DNA of 64,000 nucleotides from an uncultured SAR86 cluster bacterium. GTDB lineage: Bacteria; Pseudomonadota; Gammaproteobacteria; Magnimaribacterales; AG-339-G14. The position numbers and the translations under genes were made by a program. A model generated the notes under the pieces. That model worked only from the letters and a program-made list of their open reading frames with translations. It was not told the origin of the DNA and made no database searches. The stretch spans positions 2,869 through 66,868 of the forward strand of contig CACBOY010000006.1 in the NCBI GenBank assembly GCA_902540995.1, in the 5' to 3' direction. Positions 47,697 to 58,845 of this stretch are shown here, piece after piece; position 1 is the first letter of the stretch, and each line of letters starts with the position of its first letter.

Positions 47697-47723
47697 CTTT
47701 AAAAAATATGGTTAAATCTCGTT

Positions 47724-48104
47724 GTGAAAATCACGTTTATCCTCACTATTATAACTATTTTTTTTCTTAATACTTGCGCGAGTAACTTTTATCAAGTTCC
47801 AGTTGCTCAAGGAAATATCATAAGTGTAAGCATGCTCTCTAAACTTGAGACTGGTTTAAGTAAAGCTCAGGTTCAATACATTATGGGAACTCCATCAATT
47901 AATGATCCTTTTGATTCAAATAAGTGGGATTATGTGGGCTTTGAAATAGTAGGTGATGAGGTTTTCAGAGAAGTTCACCACTCCTTAATTTTTAAAGATG
48001 ATAAGTTAGTTTCTTGGATGAAAAAAAAGGGTGAGGAAGCTAACCAAAGCTTTGAAGAAGAAGCTAAAAAATTGAATAAAGAAAAATCAGAACAATTGAA
48101 CTAG
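47724..48104 (+). CDS. bamE: Outer-membrane assembly lipoprotein BamE (SmpA/OmlA)
   Basis: GTG start, lipobox-like FFLNTC and QGNIIS...GLSKAQVQYIMGTP. K/E-rich C-terminal tail. Confidence 0.8.
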   Translation: MKITFILTIITIFFLNTCASNFYQVPVAQGNIISVSMLSKLETGLSKAQVQYIMGTPSINDPFDSNKWDYVGFEIVGDEVFREVHHSLIFKDDKLVSWMKKKGEEANQSFEEEAKKLNKEKSEQLN

Positions 48105-49401
48105 TACAAACATACCTTAAAAAGAAATAAAAAATCTTAAAACTAAATTCATTAAAATTTAAATTTTGCTTTAAAAAGTCATAAGGCATAAACCATCCAA
48201 TTAATAAGACAACAAAAAAACCACCTAAAGGCAACATAAGATTGTTAGTCAGGTAATCCAATAACTCTAAAAAGTTTAATCCAAATAATTTTACATCCGA
48301 CCAGATATTGAACGAAAGGATGCTGGCAAGCCCTAAAAACCAAATTAGTGAGCCTAAAAAAACAACAATTATCGATCTTGTATATTTTTTTGTCTCTTCC
48401 ATCCAAGCGGTAAAAGGTTCTAAAAGCGATATTGAAGAACTTAATGCTGCAATTGATATTAATAAAAAAAAGATAATGGAAAATAAGTTTCCATAAGGGA
48501 GAGAATAAAATGCAACTGGTAGAGTCTCAAATAAAAGTCCTGGACCTGCAGTTACTTCTAATGAGGCATTGCTAAATACAATTGGAAAAATAGCTATTCC
48601 AGCAGCAAGTGCAACAAAAGTATCTAATAAGATAATTGTTAGGACAGTTTTGCCTATGAGCTGTTTTTCCGGCATGTAGGCCCCGTAAGCCATAATTGCT
48701 CCCATTCCAATAGATAAGGAAAAAAAAGCTTGACCCATAGCACTTATGACTACGTCGGGCGTAATGGCGGAAAAATCTGGATTAAATAAAAACCTTAAAG
48801 TGCTTTTTAAGTCTCCAACATAAGATGAATATAATGAAATCAAAATAATGAATATAAATAAGAAAGGCATTAAAAAATTGACAGATTTACCTATTCCTTT
48901 GATAACGCCAAGCCCTACGATTAAACATGTAGTAATGAGAAAAAGAGAATGCCAAAAAATTAATTTTCCGGGAGAGGAAGTAAAATCTAAAAAGTATTTA
49001 GATGAATAATTAGAAGGATTTTCAAGTCCTGATGGAAACAAGTTAAAAATGTAAGAAAAGGCCATTCCAGCAAAAACACTATAATAAGAAAGTATGAGAA
49101 TCCCTGCTAAAGCTCCTAATACTCCTAAATATTTCCAATTAATATTGAGTTCATATTCTTGTGATATTTTTTTTAATGAATTCACAGGGCTTTTTCGGCC
49201 GTATTTTCCAATTATTATTTCAGAAACCATGACTGGCAATCCGATAGCAAATATACAAATCAGATAAATTAGGACAAACGCACTTCCTCCATTCGAACCA
49301 ACCATATAAGGAAATTTCCAAATATTACCCAATCCAACAGCGGATCCTGCTGCGGCTAAGATGAATGTTGAATTTCCTTGCCAAATTTTTGAAGTACTCA
49401 T
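48064..49401 (-). CDS. Sodium-dependent transporter, NSS (SNF) family
   Basis: 445 aa, polytopic, with signature AAGSAVGLGNIWKFPYMVGSNGGSAF. Confidence 0.88.
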   Translation of the reverse strand: MSTSKIWQGNSTFILAAAGSAVGLGNIWKFPYMVGSNGGSAFVLIYLICIFAIGLPVMVSEIIIGKYGRKSPVNSLKKISQEYELNINWKYLGVLGALAGILILSYYSVFAGMAFSYIFNLFPSGLENPSNYSSKYFLDFTSSPGKLIFWHSLFLITTCLIVGLGVIKGIGKSVNFLMPFLFIFIILISLYSSYVGDLKSTLRFLFNPDFSAITPDVVISAMGQAFFSLSIGMGAIMAYGAYMPEKQLIGKTVLTIILLDTFVALAAGIAIFPIVFSNASLEVTAGPGLLFETLPVAFYSLPYGNLFSIIFFLLISIAALSSSISLLEPFTAWMEETKKYTRSIIVVFLGSLIWFLGLASILSFNIWSDVKLFGLNFLELLDYLTNNLMLPLGGFFVVLLIGWFMPYDFLKQNLNFNEFSFKIFYFFLRYVCTSSIVLIFLYSIF

Positions 49402-49444
49402 GTCAAATAATTTTATAGGACTTTTAACAAGTTATACTAATCCA

Positions 49445-49918
49445 ATGGGCCAAGATAAAAAAATTAATAGAAAACCTATCATTGAAAATAGACAAGCTAA
49501 GTTCAATTATGAATTGGGTGAAAATTTTGAAGCTGGGATATCCTTGTTAGGTTGGGAAGTTAAGTCTATTAGATCATCAAGAGTGGATATCAAGGATAGT
49601 TACATTTTGATGAAAAAGGGAGAAGCATGGATTATTGGTATGTCGATTTCTCCCTTACAAGAAGTCACTCATGAAGTTGACCCTTTGAGGACAAGAAAAT
49701 TATTACTTACCAAGTCAGAATTATCGAAAATTTTTAAAGGAACACAAGAAAAAGGACTTACTTGTTTACCGATAAGAATTTTTTGGAAAGAAAATTTAGT
49801 AAAATTAAAAATTAGTTTAGGGAAAGGAAAATCAAAGTTTGATAAAAGAGAAAGCATCAAGCAAAAAGAATGGAAAAAGGAAAAAGCTAAAAATTTAAAA
49901 CTTAATAGCAAGTTTTAA
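49445..49918 (+). CDS. smpB: SsrA-binding protein SmpB
   Basis: ENRQAKFNYEL, GWEVKSIR and a basic C-terminal tail. Start taken at M29 of the track ORF, whose extension would overlap the divergent NSS gene. tmRNA lies 27 nt downstream. Confidence 0.93.
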   Translation: MGQDKKINRKPIIENRQAKFNYELGENFEAGISLLGWEVKSIRSSRVDIKDSYILMKKGEAWIIGMSISPLQEVTHEVDPLRTRKLLLTKSELSKIFKGTQEKGLTCLPIRIFWKENLVKLKISLGKGKSKFDKRESIKQKEWKKEKAKNLKLNSKF

Positions 49919-49945
49919 AAATTTGATTAAAATGGTCGTCCATTT

Positions 49946-50297
49946 GGGGGCGAAATGGATTAGACATCTGTTTTTGAACTTAATGTGCATGTCGAGAATG
50001 TAACTAGCTCGTTAAATGAAGTTACAAAAAAATTAGTTGGCAATAAAGCAAACTACGCTCTAGCCGCATAATTTGGCTAGCTTTCTTTATCTAATACCTA
50101 TTAGGGTAAAAGAAAGTCAATTAATAGGTTGCTCAGAAAATTATTTCTGTGATTTTTCTGATAAGTTTTAACAGAATACTTTTTATCTATCCTGCTCATC
50201 GGAGAGTTAAAAAAGGAATTTAAAAGATGAATCTAAGCATGTAGAGCTGATAGGGATAAATTGATGGACGCGGGTTCGATACCCGCCGCCTCCACCA
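49946..50297 (+). ncRNA. ssrA: tmRNA (one-piece)
   Basis: 5' GGGGGCG pairs with 3' CGCCTCC-ACCA, including the G3:U wobble. T-arm is GCGGG-TTCGATA-CCCGC. Internal tag frame GGC AAT AAA GCA AAC TAC GCT CTA GCC GCA TAA (50039-50071) encodes GNKANYALAA. Adjacent to smpB. Confidence 0.93.
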
Positions 50298-50307
50298 ATG
50301 TATAATT

Positions 50308-51081
50308 GTGAATGTGATTGCCTACTTAATAAATTTAAAAAGAGCAAACGATAGACTGATTTCCGCAAAAGAAGTATTTGATAAAGTAGGTATAAATTTT
50401 AATCTTGAGATTGCTGTAGATGGGAAAGAATTATTACTTCCTCATAAAAATTATTCAGAAGTAAAATATAACTTGTTGCATGGCAAAAGAACGAATCTTG
50501 GAGAATTAGGCTGTTATTTTAGTCACTTAAATGTTCTAAAAAAATTTCTTAGTACAAATGAAGACTTTGCTCTCGTCTGCGAAGATGATATTGAGTTCAA
50601 TAAGGACATAATTCAGATTATCAATGGAGCTCTTAATTCCAGCATACATTTTGATTTATTAAGGTTGAGTGGAGGAAGTGATAGAAATAAAGAAAAAGGC
50701 ACCCCAATAAAATTACAAAAAATCTATAAGGACTTCTATTTGTCCTTGAACTTAGGATTTAAATCTGGAACAGGATGTTATTTGATCAACAGACATGCAG
50801 CTAAGAATATACTGAACAAACTTAATAAAATGAGTCTTCCTATCGATCATGCAATGGATAGAGATTGGCTTTTGTCTTTACGATCCTTAAGTATTTCACC
50901 AGCGCCTGTATATCTTAAAGAAGAGTTACATGAAGGAAACTCATACATCCAAGCAAAAAGTGAATTCAAATATTCTTTTTATAGAAGATATTGGATAATG
51001 ATTCCTTATAGATTAGTCAACGAATTTACAAGATTAATTTACAAGTTATGTTTATTTATAAAAATTAAAATAGAAAGTTGA
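50308..51081 (+). CDS. Glycosyltransferase family 25 (LPS/LOS beta-glycosyltransferase-like)
   Basis: 257 aa with YLINLKRANDR, GELGCYFSH and LVCEDDIEF, all typical GT25 motifs. GTG start (50308 or 50314). TATAAT at 50301-50306. Confidence 0.72.
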   Translation: MNVIAYLINLKRANDRLISAKEVFDKVGINFNLEIAVDGKELLLPHKNYSEVKYNLLHGKRTNLGELGCYFSHLNVLKKFLSTNEDFALVCEDDIEFNKDIIQIINGALNSSIHFDLLRLSGGSDRNKEKGTPIKLQKIYKDFYLSLNLGFKSGTGCYLINRHAAKNILNKLNKMSLPIDHAMDRDWLLSLRSLSISPAPVYLKEELHEGNSYIQAKSEFKYSFYRRYWIMIPYRLVNEFTRLIYKLCLFIKIKIES

Positions 51082-51114
51082 CATTAATCCAAATTCTCTT
51101 CATCATCGCCACCT

Positions 51115-51378
51115 ATGGCAAATATTCAATCAGCGAAAAAAAGGTCTAGACAAGCTAATTCTAGAAATTCTTTAAAGAGTTCTCAAAGGGCTTCAATGAG
51201 AACAATGATAAGAAATGTTGAAGACGCCATCAAAGAAAACGATGCAACTAAGGCTAAGGACTTGTTTATTTCAACTCAAAAAGTCCTAGATAAATTGGCT
51301 AACAAGAAAGTTCTTCCTAAAAATGCGGTTGCTCGTCAAAAGTCTAGATTAATTAAATCTATTAAAAAATTAGGCTAA
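51115..51378 (+). CDS. rpsT: 30S ribosomal protein S20
   Basis: 87 aa starting MANIQSAKKRSRQANSRN. Confidence 0.95.
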   Translation: MANIQSAKKRSRQANSRNSLKSSQRASMRTMIRNVEDAIKENDATKAKDLFISTQKVLDKLANKKVLPKNAVARQKSRLIKSIKKLG

Positions 51379-52155
51379 ATATATTTTTGTTCCGATAGGT
51401 TTTTTTAGAATTGCCTTTTCTAAGATTCCTTTTTGATTGCCATTAAGAATCCAAACTTCATTAGTCTTGTTGAGAAAGTCTCTTGCAGCTTTTATCTTAG
51501 TTGTCATCCCCCCTCTCCCCAAAATACCTGAGTTTCCAAAAGATACTTTCTTAAAGTCAAACTTATTGAGGTTAATTTTACCAATAAGTCTTGCGTCGGA
51601 ATTTTGATCAGGATTTTTATCATATAGTCCATTTTGATCTGTCAAAATAAATAGTTTTTTTGAGCTTAATAATGTTGCAACTTTTCCACTCAGCCTATCA
51701 TTATCCCCATTTAAAATTTCTTCTGTGGATATTGAATCGTTTTCATTGATGATCGGGATGGCGCCAAGTTTTATAAGATTAGAAATACTATTTTTAGCAT
51801 TTTCAGAACGGTTTTTAACACCAAAATCAGAATGGCTTAATAAAACTTGTGCGGCGATTAAATTAAATCTTTTAAACTCTTTTTGATAGTTATTTATAAG
51901 TCCAATCTGACCGGATGCAGATAAGGCTTGGAGAAAGTCAACTGACTTAGGCTTAGAAGTTAAATTCCATATTTTCATTCCTTGAGCAATTGCACCTGAA
52001 GAAACCAAAACGATATGAAATCCCTTTTTATAAAGTCTAAAAATTTGCTCAGAAATTGACTTTATAAATTTCAAATTAGGCATCCCTGATGACAAAGTTG
52101 TTAGACTTGAACCTGCTTTGATAACAATAAGTTTTTTAGGATTAATTTTTTTCAT
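51370..52155 (-). CDS. proB: Glutamate 5-kinase (no PUA domain)
   Basis: LIVIKAGSS, VSSGAIAQG, INENDSIS, GDNDRLS, LTDQNGLY and GRGGMTTK match ProB rather than PyrH. Downstream of obg. ATG at 52155 preferred over the TTG at 52173. Confidence 0.88.
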   Translation of the reverse strand: MKKINPKKLIVIKAGSSLTTLSSGMPNLKFIKSISEQIFRLYKKGFHIVLVSSGAIAQGMKIWNLTSKPKSVDFLQALSASGQIGLINNYQKEFKRFNLIAAQVLLSHSDFGVKNRSENAKNSISNLIKLGAIPIINENDSISTEEILNGDNDRLSGKVATLLSSKKLFILTDQNGLYDKNPDQNSDARLIGKINLNKFDFKKVSFGNSGILGRGGMTTKIKAARDFLNKTNEVWILNGNQKGILEKAILKKPIGTKIYLA

Positions 52156-53152
52156 TTGCCAATCTACTTCCAATACTTTGAGTTATTTTCTCTAAACCTG
52201 ATCCAGAAATTGATGATACATAAAAGACATTTTTGTTGCTGAAAAGTTTTTTTGATTCCTTTTCTACTTGCTTTCTTTTGTCTTCAGAGATTTTATCTAT
52301 TTTACTTATAACAACCCATTGTTCTTTTTGTTTCAGCTCTTCACTAAATTCTTCTAATTCTTTATTTATGTCATCAAAATCCTTTCTAATCCTCTCAGAA
52401 TCCCCTTCCTCAACATCAATAAGGTGTAAAAGTATTTCGACCCTAGAAAGATGCTTCAAAAATTCTATTCCAAGTCCAATACCTTCTGAAGCTCCCGGAA
52501 TCAATCCTGGAATATCTGCTACAACAAAACTTGAGTAACTATTTATCTTAACTACACCTAAATTAGGGCTTAATGTTGTAAAAGGATAATCAGCAATTTT
52601 GGGTTTGGCAGAAGATATTTTTGAGATTAAAGTTGATTTTCCTGCATTAGGCTTACCTAAAAGCCCAACATCTGCTAAAACCTTTAGCTCTAGTCTTATT
52701 TTTACTATTTCCCCTAATTTTCCTTCAGTTGTTTTTCTTGGAGCCCTATTGGTTGATGTCTTAAACCTTGCATTACCAAGGCCTCCTTTACCTCCTGTTA
52801 CGGCTGTATATACCTGATTTGATTTAGTTAGATCACAAAGAAGTTCATCTGTTTCATCGTTAATCAAAATGGTTCCCAAGGGTACCTCTAGGATAGTATC
52901 TTCACCATCCTTTCCATGCATATTTTTGCCCTTTCCTTGCCGGCCATTTTGAGCTTTGTATTTTCTTTTGAGTTTAAAATCTTGCAAAGTATGCAAAGAT
53001 TCTTTCGCGATAAAATTTATATTGCCACCTTTTCCGCCATCGCCACCATCAGGTCCTCCTTTAGGAATAAATTTTTCACGTCGGAAACTGAGACAGCCGT
53101 TACCGCCGTCTCCCGAAGATATTTCAATTATTGCTTCATCTATGAAGCGCAT
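52142..53152 (-). CDS. obg: GTPase Obg/CgtA (lacks the C-terminal extension)
   Basis: 336 aa with MRFIDEAIIEISSGDGGNG, a Gly-rich Obg fold, G1 GKPNAGKST and DIPGLI. Confidence 0.95.
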   Translation of the reverse strand: MRFIDEAIIEISSGDGGNGCLSFRREKFIPKGGPDGGDGGKGGNINFIAKESLHTLQDFKLKRKYKAQNGRQGKGKNMHGKDGEDTILEVPLGTILINDETDELLCDLTKSNQVYTAVTGGKGGLGNARFKTSTNRAPRKTTEGKLGEIVKIRLELKVLADVGLLGKPNAGKSTLISKISSAKPKIADYPFTTLSPNLGVVKINSYSSFVVADIPGLIPGASEGIGLGIEFLKHLSRVEILLHLIDVEEGDSERIRKDFDDINKELEEFSEELKQKEQWVVISKIDKISEDKRKQVEKESKKLFSNKNVFYVSSISGSGLEKITQSIGSRLANEKN

Positions 53153-53156
53153 GACA

Positions 53157-53417
53157 TTATGAAATAGATTCTATATTGACAAATTGCTTGAGGTTTTTTC
53201 CTTTTTTGTTAAAGAAAACTTTTCCATCACATTTTGCAAAAAGCGTATGATCTTTTCCGATACCTACGTTCTGTCCAGGATGAAATTTTGTTCCTCTTTG
53301 TCTTACGAGTATTTCTCCAGCAGAAACTGCTTGGCCACCATACCTTTTGACACCAAGTCTTTTTGACTCAGAATCTCTTCCATTTCTGGAACTTCCGCCT
53401 GCTTTTTTATGCGCCAT
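53157..53417 (-). CDS. rpmA: 50S ribosomal protein L27
   Basis: 86 aa starting [24 protein letters not shown]. Confidence 0.97.
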   Translation of the reverse strand: MAHKKAGGSSRNGRDSESKRLGVKRYGGQAVSAGEILVRQRGTKFHPGQNVGIGKDHTLFAKCDGKVFFNKKGKNLKQFVNIESIS

Positions 53418-53724
53418 AACTTATAGATTCAATTTTTACTTTTGTTAAATTCTGCCTATGTCCTTGTTTTTTTCTGTAATCTTTTCTTCTTTTCATTTTA
53501 ATAACAGTAATTTTTTTTGTCTTGAGATGATTCAAAACCTTACCTTTTACGACAGCTCCCTCTAAGAGAGGTTTACCAACGTTTAAATTACCGTCTTTGT
53601 TTACAGCTAAAACTTCAGAGAACTCTATGACATCTCCTTCATCAAGAGAAATCTTTTCAAGAAGAATTTCCTCTCCTTCTGAAACTTTATGTTGCTTTCC
53701 TCCGCTTTTTATTACTGCGTACAT
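53407..53724 (-). CDS. rplU: 50S ribosomal protein L21
   Basis: Starts [14 protein letters not shown]. Start taken at M19 of the track ORF. Confidence 0.95.
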   Translation of the reverse strand: MYAVIKSGGKQHKVSEGEEILLEKISLDEGDVIEFSEVLAVNKDGNLNVGKPLLEGAVVKGKVLNHLKTKKITVIKMKRRKDYRKKQGHRQNLTKVKIESISYGA

Positions 53725-53809
53725 CTTTAAAATTACAAAATAGAAGCGAATAGTATAGGATAAAGTCTTTCCTCGCAATCTTTAAGAAAGGTAAGGAAGT
53801 TGTTAAGAA

Positions 53810-54331
53810 ATGGATTTAAAAAATAAAAATAATTTTTCTAAAGACGAGCTAATAGCTTGCTCAAATGGTGAATTGTTTGGAACGGGAAATGGAAGATTGC
53901 CTAATAATGAAATGTTGATGATGGATAGGATTGTTGAGATAAATGATTCTAAAGGTGATTACAACATTGGTGAAATTCAAGGTGAGTTGGATATAACTCC
54001 TGAGCTATGGTTTTTTGACTGTCACTTTTCAACAGATCCAGTGATGCCAGGTTGCCTTGGACTTGACGCAATGTGGCAATTATTGGGTTTTTATCTTTTG
54101 TGGGAAGGTAATAGCGGTATTGGAAGAGCCTTGGGTTCAGGACAAGTAAAATTTTATGGACAAGTACTGCCAAAAGCCAAACTGGTTGAATATAAAATTA
54201 GTATCAAAAGGATTAGGAAACAAAAGCTTGTTATTGGATTTGCTGATGGATTAATGTTTGTTGATGGAAAAGAAATCTATTCTGCCAAAGATTTAAGAGT
54301 TGGTTTATTCGAAGATCCACAAAATTTCTAA
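53810..54331 (+). CDS. fabA: 3-hydroxydecanoyl-ACP dehydratase/isomerase
   Basis: 173 aa with [38 protein letters not shown]. Confidence 0.95.
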   Translation: MDLKNKNNFSKDELIACSNGELFGTGNGRLPNNEMLMMDRIVEINDSKGDYNIGEIQGELDITPELWFFDCHFSTDPVMPGCLGLDAMWQLLGFYLLWEGNSGIGRALGSGQVKFYGQVLPKAKLVEYKISIKRIRKQKLVIGFADGLMFVDGKEIYSAKDLRVGLFEDPQNF

Positions 54332-54332
54332 A

Positions 54333-55556
54333 ATGACAAAAAAAAGAGCAGTTATTACAGGAATGGGTTCAATTTCCTGCATTGGAAATAACTTAGAAGA
54401 AATATCCAATTCCTTAAGACAAGGTATTTCGGGAATATCGAAAAATGACGAATACAATGATTTGGGATTTAGAAGTAAAGTTTCTGGATCAATTTCAATT
54501 GACCTTAAAGATTTAATAGACAGAAAATTATTTAGATTCATGGGAGAAGCTGCAGCTTATTCCTATATAAGCGCTCTAGATGCATTAAGAGATTCAGAAT
54601 TACCGGAAAGTATCTTTGAAACAGATAGAATTGGAGTCATCGCTGGTTCTGGTGGAGCATCTTCCCGAAGTCAAGTTGATGCAGCAGATATTTTAAGAGA
54701 AAAAGGAGTCAAAAGAGTTGGTCCTTACCGTGTCACGCAAACCATGGGAAGTACTGTTTCGGCTTGTCTAGCTACTTCTTTAAAAATAAAAGGAGTAAAT
54801 TTCTCGATCTCTTCAGCTTGCTCAACCAGTGCTCATTGTATAGGTTCGGCTTGGGAGCAAATCCAACTTGGTAATCAAGATGTAATTATTGCAGGTGGAG
54901 CAGAAGATGAGCATTGGACTCAATCTGGATTATTCGATGCTATGGGAGCTTTATCAAGTAATTACAATGAAAGCCCTACAGCGGCCTCAAGACCTTTTGA
55001 TGAAAATAGAGATGGTTTTGTAATTTCGGGAGGAGGAGGAATTCTGATAGTTGAAGAGTTGGAACATGCCCTATCAAGAAAAGCGAAAATATATGCTGAA
55101 ATAAAGGGATACTCAGCAACATCCGATGGGGATGACATGGTTGCCCCATCTGGTGAAGGAGCAAAAAATTGCATGAAAAAATCCCTAGAAATGAGCGGTT
55201 TAAAATCTGTTGACTATCTTAATGCCCATGGAACTTCAACTCCTGCTGGAGATCCTATTGAGTTGAATGCTATAAAAACAGTATTCAAAGATGATATTCC
55301 AATAGTAAGCTCAACAAAATCTCTTACTGGACATACGTTAGGGGCCGCAGGTGTACAAGAATGCATTTACAGCATACTAATGATGAATGGAAATTTCATT
55401 GCTGGAAATAAAAATTTGACTGATCCGATTCCTGAAGCAGATGGTATAAATATTCCCGAAAAATCTTTAGAAAAAGAATTTGATTCTTTTATGAGTAACA
55501 GTTTTGGTTTTGGTGGAACCAATGTAAGTTTGGTTCTTTCAAAATTTAAGAATTAA
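54333..55556 (+). CDS. fabB: Beta-ketoacyl-ACP synthase I
   Basis: RAVITGMGS, active-site [20 protein letters not shown] and GHTLGAAG. Follows fabA by 1 nt. Start at M12 of the track ORF. Confidence 0.9.
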   Translation: MTKKRAVITGMGSISCIGNNLEEISNSLRQGISGISKNDEYNDLGFRSKVSGSISIDLKDLIDRKLFRFMGEAAAYSYISALDALRDSELPESIFETDRIGVIAGSGGASSRSQVDAADILREKGVKRVGPYRVTQTMGSTVSACLATSLKIKGVNFSISSACSTSAHCIGSAWEQIQLGNQDVIIAGGAEDEHWTQSGLFDAMGALSSNYNESPTAASRPFDENRDGFVISGGGGILIVEELEHALSRKAKIYAEIKGYSATSDGDDMVAPSGEGAKNCMKKSLEMSGLKSVDYLNAHGTSTPAGDPIELNAIKTVFKDDIPIVSSTKSLTGHTLGAAGVQECIYSILMMNGNFIAGNKNLTDPIPEADGINIPEKSLEKEFDSFMSNSFGFGGTNVSLVLSKFKN

Positions 55557-55996
55557 AAAGGTATATCTTCATCATCCCAAGGCACGCTTTCTTCTTGAGA
55601 ATTTTGCGAGGACTGATCAAATCCTGAATCCTGGTTCTGTTGGCTCATCTCTCCTCTAGAACTAAGCATTTGCATTTCTCTTGCAACAATTTCAGTTCTA
55701 AATTTTTTTTCTCCAGTATTTTTATCTTCCCAGGAGTTGGTTCTTAATTGCCCTTCTACGTATATTTTTGAACCTTTTTTAAGATATTGCTCAACGATTT
55801 CTGCAAGACGATTAAAAAAAACAATTCTATGCCATTCTGTTTGTTCAACAGTCTCTCCAGAGTTTTTGTCCTTCCAACTGTTTGAAGTAGCGATAGATAC
55901 ATTTGCTATAGGCACGCCTCCAGCGGTGTATCTTACTTCAGGATCCTGTCCTAAATTTCCAAGTAATATAACCTTATTTATTCCGCTTTGAGCCAT
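55553..55996 (-). CDS. ssb: Single-stranded DNA-binding protein
   Basis: 147 aa with [27 protein letters not shown] and a C-terminal DDEDIPF tip. Divergent from uvrA as in E. coli. Confidence 0.96.
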   Translation of the reverse strand: MAQSGINKVILLGNLGQDPEVRYTAGGVPIANVSIATSNSWKDKNSGETVEQTEWHRIVFFNRLAEIVEQYLKKGSKIYVEGQLRTNSWEDKNTGEKKFRTEIVAREMQMLSSRGEMSQQNQDSGFDQSSQNSQEESVPWDDEDIPF

Positions 55997-56043
55997 AATT
56001 GTTATCTGATAAGTTAGTCTAATCTAAAAGAAAAATTAAATAA

Positions 56044-58845
56044 ATGAAATTTATCCATGTCAAAGGAGCTAAGCAGCATAATCTTAAGAATATCGATTTA
56101 GATATACCTAGAGATAAATTGACAGTAATAACTGGCCTTTCTGGCTCAGGAAAATCCTCACTTGCATTTGATACCTTATATGCTGAGGGTCAAAGAAGGT
56201 ACGTAGAATCCCTTTCTGCTTATGCTAGACAATTTCTTTCAGTCATGGATAAACCTGAGGTTGATACCATAGAAGGACTGTCTCCTGCGATATCCATTGA
56301 GCAAAAATCAACTTCTCATAATCCAAGGTCAACAGTTGGGACTGTGACAGAAATTTATGATTATCTTAGATTACTTTATGCACGATCAGGAACTGCAAAA
56401 TGCTTGGACCACAATATTTCTCTTGAAGGTCAAACCATTGATCAAATAGGTAAAAAAATACTAAAAACTTTTAACAAAAAAAGAGTTTTCATTTTAGCTC
56501 CTGTAATTAAAGAGCAAAAAGGAGAGCATTTGAACTTATTTAATGATCTCCTCATGAAAGGATATGTGAGAGTAACTGTAAATGGTGCAGTTTATGATTT
56601 AAGCGATCAAATCAAATTAGATAAAAATAAAAAACATTCAATATCTATTGTGATTGACAGACTAACTATTGACTCAAAAAACAATAGTCGACTTATACAG
56701 TCTTTAGAGACTTGTGTATCTGAATCTAATGGGTTGGTAGAAATTCAAGATATGGATGATGAAGAAAGTTTTGATGCATTTTCAACGAAAATGGCCTGCC
56801 CTAAATGTGGCTTTAGTATTCAAGAATTAGAGCCGAGATTGTTTTCATTTAATAGTCCATCTGGTGCTTGTCCATCTTGTGATGGTTTGGGATATAAATC
56901 AAAAATAGATTTATCAAAATTAATTGTCAGACCCGAGCTTAGTCTTAATCAGGGAGCTATTAAGGACTGGGATGCTAGTCACACTTATCACAATAGATAT
57001 TTGTTAAATAGAGTTAGTCAAACTTTTGGTTTTTCTCTAGATACACCTTTTGAAGATTTATTACAAAAAGAAAAAGATATCGTCTTATATGGAAGCGCAG
57101 ATGAAATTGACTTTAGTTATGTTTCTAAAAGAGGTTTTAAGAGAGAGATCTTCAAGCCTTTTGAAGGTGTTGTAAGAAATATTGAAAGGAGACTTGGAGA
57201 TACTGATTCGAATTTTAGACGAGAATATTATGCAAAGTTTATGACGAATACCCTCTGTGATGAGTGCAACGGAACTAGATTAAACTTAGAAGCAAGAAGT
57301 GTATTTATAAATAAATTTTCATTACCTGAAATTGTAGGCATGACAATCGGTGATGCTCTTAGTTTTTTTAAAAAACTAACTCTGACAGGGGTCAAGGGAG
57401 AAATTGCAATAAAAATTATTAAAGAAATAAAAGAGCGCTTAACATTCCTATCTGATGTTGGTCTTAACTACCTTACTCTTTCTAGAAGTGCAGAAACTTT
57501 GAGTGGGGGTGAAGCCCAAAGAATAAGGCTTGCTTCACAAATTGGTGCCGGCTTGGTGGGAGTAACATACATACTTGATGAACCTTCTATAGGCTTACAT
57601 CAAAGAGATAACAAAAAACTTTTATCTACGTTAAAAAGACTCAAAGAACTAGGTAATACCGTAATCGTTGTAGAACATGATCAAGAAACAATTGAAGAAG
57701 CTGACCACATTATAGATATAGGTCCAAAAGCAGGAATCCATGGAGGAGAAGTTTGTTTCTCTGGAAATATTGAATCTCTTAAGAAAGCCAAAAATTCTCT
57801 TACTTCTCAATATGTTTTTGGAAAAAAAAGAATTCAAATAGAAAAAAAGAAAAAAATAACAGATAAAGGAAAAATCAAGTTATCCGGATGTACAGGAAAT
57901 AACCTAAAAAATGTAGATTTGGAAATTCCTCTCGGAAATATAATTTCTATTACAGGTGTCTCCGGTTCTGGAAAGTCTACCTTGATAAATCAAACGCTCT
58001 ATCCCGCCCTGTCGAATATTTTAAGTAAAAGCTCCATGAAAACTGAGGCTTTTGAGAAAATAGAAGGAACGGAACTTGTCGATAAAGTTATTGAAATAAG
58101 TCAAAGCCCCATCGGCAGAACCCCGCGATCTAACCCAGTAACTTATACAGGTATTTTCACTCCAATAAGAGAACTTTTTGCTGGAACGCAAGAGGCTAGA
58201 GCCAAAGGGTACAAACCCGGTAGGTTTAGTTTCAATGTCAGAGGAGGAAGATGTGAAGCCTGTGAAGGAGATGGAATGATAAAAGTAGAAATGCACTTTC
58301 TTCCAGATGTTTATGTTAAATGCGATGTATGTAATGGAAAGAGATACAACAACGAAACCTTAACAGTTAAATATAAAGGTAAAAATATCTCAGAAGTTTT
58401 AAATATGACTGTTGAACAAGCTTCTATATTTTTTGAAGCCGTCCCAAAAATCAAGAAAAAACTCGATACTTTAAACCAAGTAGGACTTGGTTATTTGAGG
58501 TTAGGACAGCCAGCTACCACTTTATCTGGGGGAGAGGCTCAAAGAGTTAAGCTAGCTAAAGAACTTTCTAAAACTTCCACAGGTAAAACAATCTATTTAT
58601 TAGACGAACCCACAACAGGTTTACACTTTCATGATGTCCAGCTACTAATGGACGTTTTACAAAAATTAAACTCTCAAGGAAACACAATTGTTGTGATTGA
58701 ACATAACTTAGATGTAATCAGAAACTCTGATTGGATTATTGATATTGGACCTGAAGGTGGAAATGGTGGAGGAGAAATAGTTGCTGCTGGAGATACTAAT
58801 CAGCTAGCTAAATGCAAAAAGTCCTATACTGGAAAATTTTTATAA
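56044..58845 (+). CDS. uvrA: Excinuclease ABC subunit A
   Basis: 933 aa with two ABC modules ([14 protein letters not shown]; [10 protein letters not shown]), LSGGE signatures and zinc modules (CPKCGF...CPSCDG; CEACEGDG...CDVCNG). Confidence 0.97.
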   Translation: MKFIHVKGAKQHNLKNIDLDIPRDKLTVITGLSGSGKSSLAFDTLYAEGQRRYVESLSAYARQFLSVMDKPEVDTIEGLSPAISIEQKSTSHNPRSTVGTVTEIYDYLRLLYARSGTAKCLDHNISLEGQTIDQIGKKILKTFNKKRVFILAPVIKEQKGEHLNLFNDLLMKGYVRVTVNGAVYDLSDQIKLDKNKKHSISIVIDRLTIDSKNNSRLIQSLETCVSESNGLVEIQDMDDEESFDAFSTKMACPKCGFSIQELEPRLFSFNSPSGACPSCDGLGYKSKIDLSKLIVRPELSLNQGAIKDWDASHTYHNRYLLNRVSQTFGFSLDTPFEDLLQKEKDIVLYGSADEIDFSYVSKRGFKREIFKPFEGVVRNIERRLGDTDSNFRREYYAKFMTNTLCDECNGTRLNLEARSVFINKFSLPEIVGMTIGDALSFFKKLTLTGVKGEIAIKIIKEIKERLTFLSDVGLNYLTLSRSAETLSGGEAQRIRLASQIGAGLVGVTYILDEPSIGLHQRDNKKLLSTLKRLKELGNTVIVVEHDQETIEEADHIIDIGPKAGIHGGEVCFSGNIESLKKAKNSLTSQYVFGKKRIQIEKKKKITDKGKIKLSGCTGNNLKNVDLEIPLGNIISITGVSGSGKSTLINQTLYPALSNILSKSSMKTEAFEKIEGTELVDKVIEISQSPIGRTPRSNPVTYTGIFTPIRELFAGTQEARAKGYKPGRFSFNVRGGRCEACEGDGMIKVEMHFLPDVYVKCDVCNGKRYNNETLTVKYKGKNISEVLNMTVEQASIFFEAVPKIKKKLDTLNQVGLGYLRLGQPATTLSGGEAQRVKLAKELSKTSTGKTIYLLDEPTTGLHFHDVQLLMDVLQKLNSQGNTIVVIEHNLDVIRNSDWIIDIGPEGGNGGGEIVAAGDTNQLAKCKKSYTGKFL

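Noticed and set aside
47697-47723. A Fur box for autoregulation in the fur/bamE spacer.
   Set aside because: The 27-nt spacer (CTTTAAAAAATATGGTTAAATCTCGTT) shows no GATAATGATAATCATTATC-like 19-mer or hexamer array.
49361-49444. N-terminal extensions in the ORF track for smpB (49361), accA (26433), rplU (53778), fabB (54300), pepA (12887), holD (22782) and proB (52173).
   Set aside because: The extensions precede the conserved protein N-termini, often start at TTG or GTG, and overlap neighbouring genes. Internal ATGs match canonical N-termini (for example [11 protein letters not shown] for L21 and MAYTYLEFEKP for AccA). A Shine-Dalgarno sequence was checked only for pepA.
50298-51114. A classical ssrA-targeted genomic island (integrase plus direct repeat of the tmRNA 3' end).
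   Set aside because: The interval holds only one 257-aa glycosyltransferase gene and no integrase or excisionase. I could not find a copy of the CGCCGCCTCCACCA end downstream. The locus is kept as a low-key finding, not as a mobile element.
51370-52155. Whether the amino-acid-kinase-fold gene after obg could be the missing pyrH.
   Set aside because: Motifs VSSGAIAQG, INENDSIS, GDNDRLS, LTDQNGLY and GRGGMTTK match glutamate 5-kinase (ProB). obg-proB adjacency is common. It lacks the PyrH-type GGGN and UMP-binding signatures.
55997-56043. A possible LexA/SOS box in the 47-nt ssb/uvrA divergent spacer, as in E. coli.
   Set aside because: No CTGT-N8-ACAG-type palindrome is present. The nearest string (CTGATAAGTTAGTC) fails the right half-site.
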